Shown one piece after another: positions 56,987 to 64,000 of a DNA stretch of 64,000 bases. The notes beneath the pieces are model-generated. The model did not search any database. It worked only from the letters and a program-made list of their open reading frames with translations, and was not told the origin of the DNA. Origin of the DNA: the human T2T-CHM13v2.0 reference genome, Homo sapiens. Each line of letters opens with the position of its first letter. The first letter of the stretch is position 1. Location: NCBI RefSeq assembly GCF_009914755.1, contig NC_060929.1. One strand, given 5' to 3'. A program made the position numbers and the translations under genes.

Positions 56987-57899
56987 GGTTTTGTTTTCTT
57001 TAAAGTGGAGAAAGAACACACTAACAAAGTACAGGTTTTTAAAGTAAACTTTCCAGATTTAAATATTTATACATCTATTTGAACAGCAATTGTTAGCAAC
57101 TCATATCTACCGAATCTTTCAAACGCATTTTTCAAAGTGATCAACTCCCTTCCATTCTATACTTATATTTTATGAGTAAAATGCAATTGACTTGCCAAAC
57201 CACCATAACCAGTTCAAATAACATTAACAGGTTTAGCACCAATCCCAGCCAACTTTTGGTAATGGTCTTACCCTTAAACAGAGCAGTCTACTAGGCATAG
57301 TGCTCGAGTGCTTTGGGCAATAGCATGCTCCAAGAAGGAATGAAGAGTGTCATTTAATCCAGTAGATCGGTCAAGGGAAAGTCATTCAAAAGAGCTTCTG
57401 CTCTTCAAAGATGCAATCAACATGCACACATTAAATATTTGTTGAACTTCTACTATGTGCTAAATCATGGGAATAAGTGTCTGCTATTCCTCAGAGGAAA
57501 AAAAATGATTGTTGCCCTTGAAGATTCCAATACAATTACTTTGAAAGATACCATTGCATTTATGTGTTTATAGCATACAAGGGGTTGCTATCTGTTTTAA
57601 CCCTAAAAAGCTTTTGATGTTAGCCTGGATTCTGGCAGGTGCTGAAGAATGGTGAGAAATTCACTGAGGTCCTAAGGTTATTGCTTGATGATTTATGACT
57701 CATCAGTCCTTAGTTGAAAGTGCCCTGTCAAATTCATTTTTTAACACCAACAAATATGAGGTTGAATTGTAAAATAGGTTCCATTTAATCCAATTTATTT
57801 TATGTGGCTGTGCTCAAGGATGCATGGAGGGGCCTCTGCTACATAAGAAATTCTTTCAAAGAGTATGAGAGATGAAAATTTACCCAAGAAAAACCACAG

Positions 57900-58757
57900 G
57901 GGTATATTCCACTCTCCTCTCCTGCACCCTGTATTTAATCAGTCACCAAATCACGCCACTCAAAACTGTCCATCCTCCCCACTAATTTATGTCCCTGCCT
58001 CCTCCCACCACAATTTTCCATGTCACTGCTTTAGTACAATCCTAATCTCCCCAAAAATTCCCTATCCTCTTCCTGACCCCAATCTTCTACCTCCAGCCCA
58101 CACCCATAGAGCTTCCAAAGTTCACAAATCTGTTATGACTCTCATTTTTAGAGCCTACTATGGCTTTCCACATTCAGAGAATAGTGGATAAGCTTCTCCG
58201 AATGGGATATGGATTTACCATATTTTACCAGCAACATTTATGATTGTTTCCACCCATGTGGTCTAATTGCAGCTTCATAAATCCATCCCCATTTTTCTGC
58301 AAGAATAAAAACTTTTTAAAATCATTTTGTATCATTGCAATTCTGTTCTGTGTTTTGGAACCCCTTTTCCTTAAATTTTTGGCAAACTTCCATGCATCCT
58401 TCAAGACCTACTCTTTACACTCTTACCCAAATCTTCCAAGACCAACTCTTTACACTCTTACTCAAATCTTCCATGCAGAGTTTGGCCACAAAATTTTAGG
58501 CAGCTTTCTTTCATAGCACGAATTCTACTGCACAAGTATTTACTGAATCTCAAACATTGGGTTGGGTTCTAGGGATATAGAGGTAAACAAAAACACTGTA
58601 GTGTACTATTATTTTTGTTTATTGATTTATTGTATCTGTTATGTTTTAAACCCTGGGACAGCAGGAAGCATATCTTACTCATTTTTATATCAGTCACAAC
58701 TATTTAATGCAAGGCACCCATACCAGGCACTGTACTTATGTTTATTGAATGAGTGAC
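57900..58757 (+). mobile_element. L2 fragments
   Basis: AATCAGTCACCAAATC, pyrimidine-rich body, tail TGTTTATTGAATGAGTGA; boundaries approximate. Confidence 0.6.
58402..58471. repeat. 35-bp tandem duplication (2 copies)
   Basis: CAAGACCTACTCTTTACACTCTTACCCAAATCTTC / CAAGACCAACTCTTTACACTCTTACTCAAATCTTC, 2 mismatches. Confidence 0.9.
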
Positions 58758-61030
58758 TGCACATTAGTAGCATTAAATATAATGATAACACAGTTTTTGG
58801 TTTTTATTAAAATGTTTCCCATGAACTGTCTGCAGGATTTTAGGAAATACATGGGGGCGGTATTCTGAAGTGAATAGCCTTGTGGCCCTTTGAGCTTTTG
58901 ATTGCAAAAACATTTCTCTGTGCTTATTGAATTAAATATGCCCTCATTAGTTTAAAAATCCAAATGGATAAATATGTCTGCATGCTATTCCCATGACGTG
59001 TGGAAGTGCGGAAATTATAGAAATCAATCCACCATTTGGTATCATATACATATAGTAAATAATCAGATTGACGTAGATTTTCAATGAACTGGCTATTTCT
59101 TGTTTAGGCAGTAGTTTTAGAATCATATTTATGCTTTGAAATCATCTATTCTAATTGGGATAGAAGGTAGATTATTAGTTCCATATCTTAATAGAAACAT
59201 AAAACTTTTCATATTAATTTCAACTCAGCAACACACCTAATTTCTTTACTGCTTACACATCATGTACCACCTTTACAATATGTACTATAGTGATAGTGTA
59301 ATTGACATGCAGTTAGAACATTTTCCCTTTTAGTCAATTGAGGTTTACATCAAAGCTTTTAAAGATAATTGAGGATCATAACTTTCTGTTCATTCAATTT
59401 CTTGAAAATCTTATCTACCTTTGATTATCTGGCAAACCTCTAATGATAGCTGTTAATTTAATTGTATGTATTAATACCTTGCCATAAGTGTAACCAGAAG
59501 TTTTAAGACAATCCTTTATCTTGCAAAAAAGTAAAGATGAGAAGGGGAAAGAGCCAATATTCCTAAATTAATCCATTATAAAAATGAATTTTCTGCTATT
59601 TCTGGATATTTTGGCAGAAAACTTCAGTGAAACACTAGTTGTGGACATTAAGATGTTTTATTCACTTGGAAACATACGGTTACCAAGACTAACTCTGATC
59701 AAAATGTGCAATTCTTCAGAATGCACTGCTGAAATAATTTGCTATGTGTTTGGTTTACTTACTGAAATCCCTGAAGATATTTGGACCTTTTGATCATTAG
59801 AGGCTGTTATTGCTATAAATTTTCCACTACTAATTTCAAACATTTGAATCAGTGTCACATGGACACTTTCAAAAGCAGGATGATAAAATCGAAGATTTTT
59901 GGGGGAGCAATATAAGTAATTTGGGAGTACAAATAGTGTATCATAATAGCTATTTGGTAGCAGAGGACAACGTGATCTTTCTAAAAAGAAGTATTACATG
60001 CCACTAATTTTATGTGGGTATGAACTGTCCAGTTATCTAGAAATTAAAATGTATAAAATTATGCTCGTTGAAAATTGAGAACCAATGTGTTAACAGTACT
60101 AATTGGAAGTTAATAGTCCTAATTGGAAGGCATGGATTGCTCCAGAACAATGAGCAACACACATTGGAGGAGCATAGAAGAGACTATACACATGAAGGAA
60201 GGATGGAGAGAAGTTGATGGTCCCCACAACAGACTCCCTGGTTAGCTGCATCCAACACCTATCCCAACCTGTCCCTTGGTAGACATGCAAATATCTGTAG
60301 TACAATTTTTTTAATGACTAAATGAAGGATAGTACAAATAAGAGAGAAAGTGGCTGTAGATCCTTGAGAAGGAAACAATATTGGCATATTTTTAAAAATT
60401 GCTTTAAAATATTTACAGTCTTCACACTGCCCTAGCTTAGAATTCTTATATTTCAAGTTAGTGACATGTTTCCTAAGGAGATGTGTTAGGTACTTATCTA
60501 AATTGAACCACATCTGAGATTTCCCTTCAAAACCTTATTTAATCAAAGACATTCATACATGATCCTGCAATCTCCATCCCTGCCTTTCACATATAGAAAC
60601 ACAAAAGAAGGAACAAAGCAGCAGCTGAAATCACTGAGATTAAGATGCTACTGTTCAGAATGAAGATATTAGCAGAGAGGACAAAGCTAAATAAAATCTC
60701 AGATTCTTATCATCCAAGTTCATTGGCAATCTTGGAATGTAAAGTCTGAATAATAAAACTAAAATGTTTTCATTGTGCTCACATTTATTTAGTAACTTGA
60801 AGTTTGGGAATAATTCATGATAGCACTGTCTTTATAATACCACTATTCTAAGCATTATTGACCACCACGTATGTGTCAGTTGCATTGCATATATGTAAAC
60901 CTATGCTTCCAAAATACTTGAAAGTATATTTGTTTTGGTTATTAAGTATCCCAGGCATTAGTCAGGACTTTTTTGGTTGCAACTAACCAAATGCCAGGTT
61001 GGATTAAGTGAAGTAAAAAGGAATAAATGG

Positions 61031-61328
61031 GGCCAGGCACGGTGACTCACGCCAGTAATCCCAGCACTTAGGGAGGCCGAGGTGGGTGGATCACCTGAGG
61101 TCAGGAGTTCAAGACTAACCTGGCCAACATGGTAAAATCCCATCTCTACTAAAAATACAAAAATTAGCCCAGTGTGGTGGTGCATGTCTGTAGTGGCAGC
61201 TACTCAGGAGGCTGAGGCAAGAGAATCACTTGAACCCAGGAGGCAGAGGTTGCAGTGAGCCCATATCGAACCATTTCACTGCAGCCCAGGTGACAGAATG
61301 AGACTCCTTCTTAAAAAAAAAAAAAAAA
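61031..61328 (+). mobile_element. AluSx-like, probably inserted in an old MLT1-type LTR remnant
   Basis: GGATCACCTGAGGTCAGGAGTTCAAGAC; TSD AAAAAGGAATAAATGG (61015-61030) / AAAAAGGAATGAATGG (61329-61344); left flank ATTAGTCAGGACTTTTTGGTTGCAA. Confidence 0.95.
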
Positions 61329-62772
61329 AAAAAGGAATGAATGGGAGAGTACTAAAATTGACTTCTGAATCAAAGGAGAAACTGGCCAATGGGAGGGCAC
61401 CCCTCATCTGGAGGAACTCCAGACAACAACAGCACATTCACCACCACGTGCCGGTTCCCTAAAACCCAGGAGGAACCATTAAAACCCCTGTGACATGGAA
61501 AGGTGTCCATACTGTGCCCACTCTCCTCCCCTTGACATCCTGATACCACTGTTTACTGGCAGCACTTTTCTTTGTTACCTCAAATTTTGGAGCATCAGAA
61601 ACAAAAAAAATATGTAAGTCTAAGAGACAGAAAAATAACCTTTTCTCCTTTCTGTCCCCCTCTCTCGCCACACCCCACCCCACACTGGGTAATGTTACAT
61701 TTTAGAAGAAATTTTGTCCAAAGTAACATAAACTTTAAGGAAGTGAACAGCAATTTAATAACACAATTGGATATGCTATTTGTGCTGCATAAATTTACTG
61801 TTCCCTTCATAATTTCAGTCCCATTAATATTTTCTCTTCTATGTGTTTTAGTTAACTTCTCTCTTCAAACAGAATATGTACTTTTAAGTATATAACAATA
61901 TACATATATACATTTATATGACATATTTTCATTATTCTCTAATAAAAGTAAAATAATTTTGGAGAAGCTATTCTCCCTAACTTCTGCTTAGAAAGAAGCA
62001 GCTTTATTTCCTTGGGAGAAGCCTTTAACCATCTTCATATCCAAAGAAACTGTAGCTTCTTTCTTTCTCATAATACATTTGAGTATCCTTACGAGTTGCT
62101 GGATAGCAGGGCCTGAGAATAAACTTTCAATGTCCCAGCTTATGGTACCACAAAGGAATCCCCTTAGGATAAATCTTAGGCTTTTAGTTTTCCACCCCTT
62201 CCCTTCTTCTTCTCCTATTTCTGTTCAAGATGGCACCAAAGCATATTAGGAGATAGGGAGAGTGGTAACTAGACCTTCACTGGTCCTTGCTGGAGCCTGA
62301 CTAGTCAGGTCTGTTTACAAAGCTGGTGGCCAGCAAGGTACTGAGTCCCACATGGACTTAGAGCATCACATTTGTACCCACAGCCATTACTAGTGCATGA
62401 TCCTGGTCATTGCCCCTGTGAAAGTTGCCCATGTTCTATGGAATCCTAAGCCCTACTCCAGGCCTTATTAAGCCCTTATCCCTTTACCATCCTATCCATC
62501 TATCTCACTGTCCTCTTCCAGAACTCCATCCCATTGCCTTCCTGAGATGCTGGACCACTGTGGGCAGCTGCTCTTGGAAGAAGAATGCTATCGTCTTCTT
62601 CAAACCCCTTAAAGTCTCAGCTTCTCTCATACTTTTGGAAATTCTCAAGATTGAATAGAGTAAGCTTCTGCTTCTTCCTCAGTATCATTAGTTCTTTCTA
62701 TACTACAGAGGAAATTCCAATCTGAACATAAGGGAAATATATTTTGGATTAATAAATTCTTCTAAAAGTATC

Positions 62773-63121
62773 TGTATTAGTCTGTTTTCATGCTGCTGAT
62801 AAAGACATACCAAGACTGGGAAGAAAAAGAGGTTTAATCGGACTTACAGTTCCACATGGCTGGGGAGACCTCAGAATCATGGCAGAGGGTGAAAGGTATT
62901 TCTTACATGGCAGCAGCAAGAGAAAATAAGGATGCAAAAGTTGAAACCCCTGATAAAACCATCAGATCACATGAGACTTGCTCATACCATGAGAACAGTA
63001 TGGGGGAAACCACCCCATGATTCAAATTATCTCCCACCAGTTACCTCCCACAACACAAGGGAATTATGGGAGTACAATTCAAGATGAGATTTGGATGGGA
63101 ACACAGAGCCAAACCATAGCA
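62773..63121 (-). mobile_element. THE1A-like LTR (3' LTR of a provirus)
   Basis: TGTATTAGTCTGTTTTCATGCTGCTGATAAAGACATAC...GGGAAGAAAAAGAGGTTTAAT...AAACCCCTGATAAAACCATCAGA; abuts an antisense polypurine tract TTCCACCCC. Confidence 0.95.
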
Positions 63122-64000
63122 TTCCACCCCAGCCCCTCCAAATCTCACGTCCTCACATTTCAAAACCAATCATGCCTTACCAACAATCCCCCAAAGTCTT
63201 AACTCATTTCACCATTACCTCAAAAGTCCACAGTCCAAAGTCTCAGAGAGAGAAGGCAAGTGCCTTCGGCCTATGAGCCTTTAAAATCAAAAGCAAGCTG
63301 GTTACATACTAGATACAATGGGGGTACATGTATCGGGTAAATACAGCTGTTCCAAATGGAAGAAATTGGCCAAAACAAAGGGTTTATAGAGCCCATGCAA
63401 GTCCAAAATCCAGCAGGGCAGTCAAATTTTAAAGCTCCAGAATGATCTCCTTTGACTCCAGGTCTCAGGTCCAGGTCAGGCTGATGCAAGAGATGGGTTC
63501 CCATGGTCTTGGGCAGCTCTGCCCCTGTGGCTTTGCAGGGTACAGCCTCCCTCCTGGCTTCTTTCACAGCTGGCGTTGAGTGTCTACAGCTTTTCCAAAT
63601 ACGTGGTGCAAGCTGTTGGTGGATCTACCATTCAGGGGTCTGGAGAACGGTGGCCCTCTTCTCACAGCTCCACTAGGCAGTGCTCTAGTAGGGAAACTGT
63701 GTGGGGGCTCCAACCCCACATTTCCCTTCTATACTGCCCTAGAAGAAGTTCTCCATGAGGGCCCCACCCCTGCAGCAAACTTTTGCCTGGGCATCCAGGT
63801 GTTTCCATACATCTTCTGAAATCTAGACACAGGTTCCCAAACCTCAATTCTTGACTTCTATGCACCCGCAGGCTGAATGCCACATGAAAACTGCCAAGGC
63901 TTGGGGTTTCCACCCTCTAAAGCCACAGCCCAAGGTGTACTTTGGCCCCTTTCGGCCACAGCTGGAGCAGCTGGGACACACAGCACCAAGTCCCTTGGCT
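63122..64000 (-). mobile_element. THE1 internal region (MaLR-int), continues beyond the window
   Basis: CCCCTCCAAATCTCACGTCCTCACATTTCAAAACCAATCATGCC...AAAATCAAAAGCAAG...GGGCAGCTCTGCCCCTGTGGCTTTGCAGGG. Confidence 0.93.

Overview
AT-rich, CpG-depleted primate (most likely human) intronic or intergenic DNA. No intact protein-coding gene is recognisable. The only gene-derived feature is a full-length RPL19 processed pseudogene (43034-43753) with a 14-bp TSD, poly-A tail, a premature stop and a +1 frameshift. The rest is interspersed repeats and unique stretches. The repeats are 9 Alus; 5 L1 copies, including an L1PA7-like copy nested in an L1PB and an L1MA carrying an inverted Alu pair and a rearranged microsatellite; many MaLR/ERV LTRs, several with exact 5-bp TSDs; a THE1 LTR plus internal sequence running off the right end; hAT DNA-transposon fossils; and L2/MIR/CR1 remnants. 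Repeat-poor unique stretches (about 34.4-34.8, 41.7-42.3, 48.5-55.6 and 56.3-60.9 kb) contain enhancer-like motif clusters and a few candidate + strand non-coding exons. I found no convincing undescribed biological system. The best leads are small structural oddities and regulatory candidates. Repeat subfamily names are from recalled consensus sequences and need RepeatMasker/Dfam confirmation.
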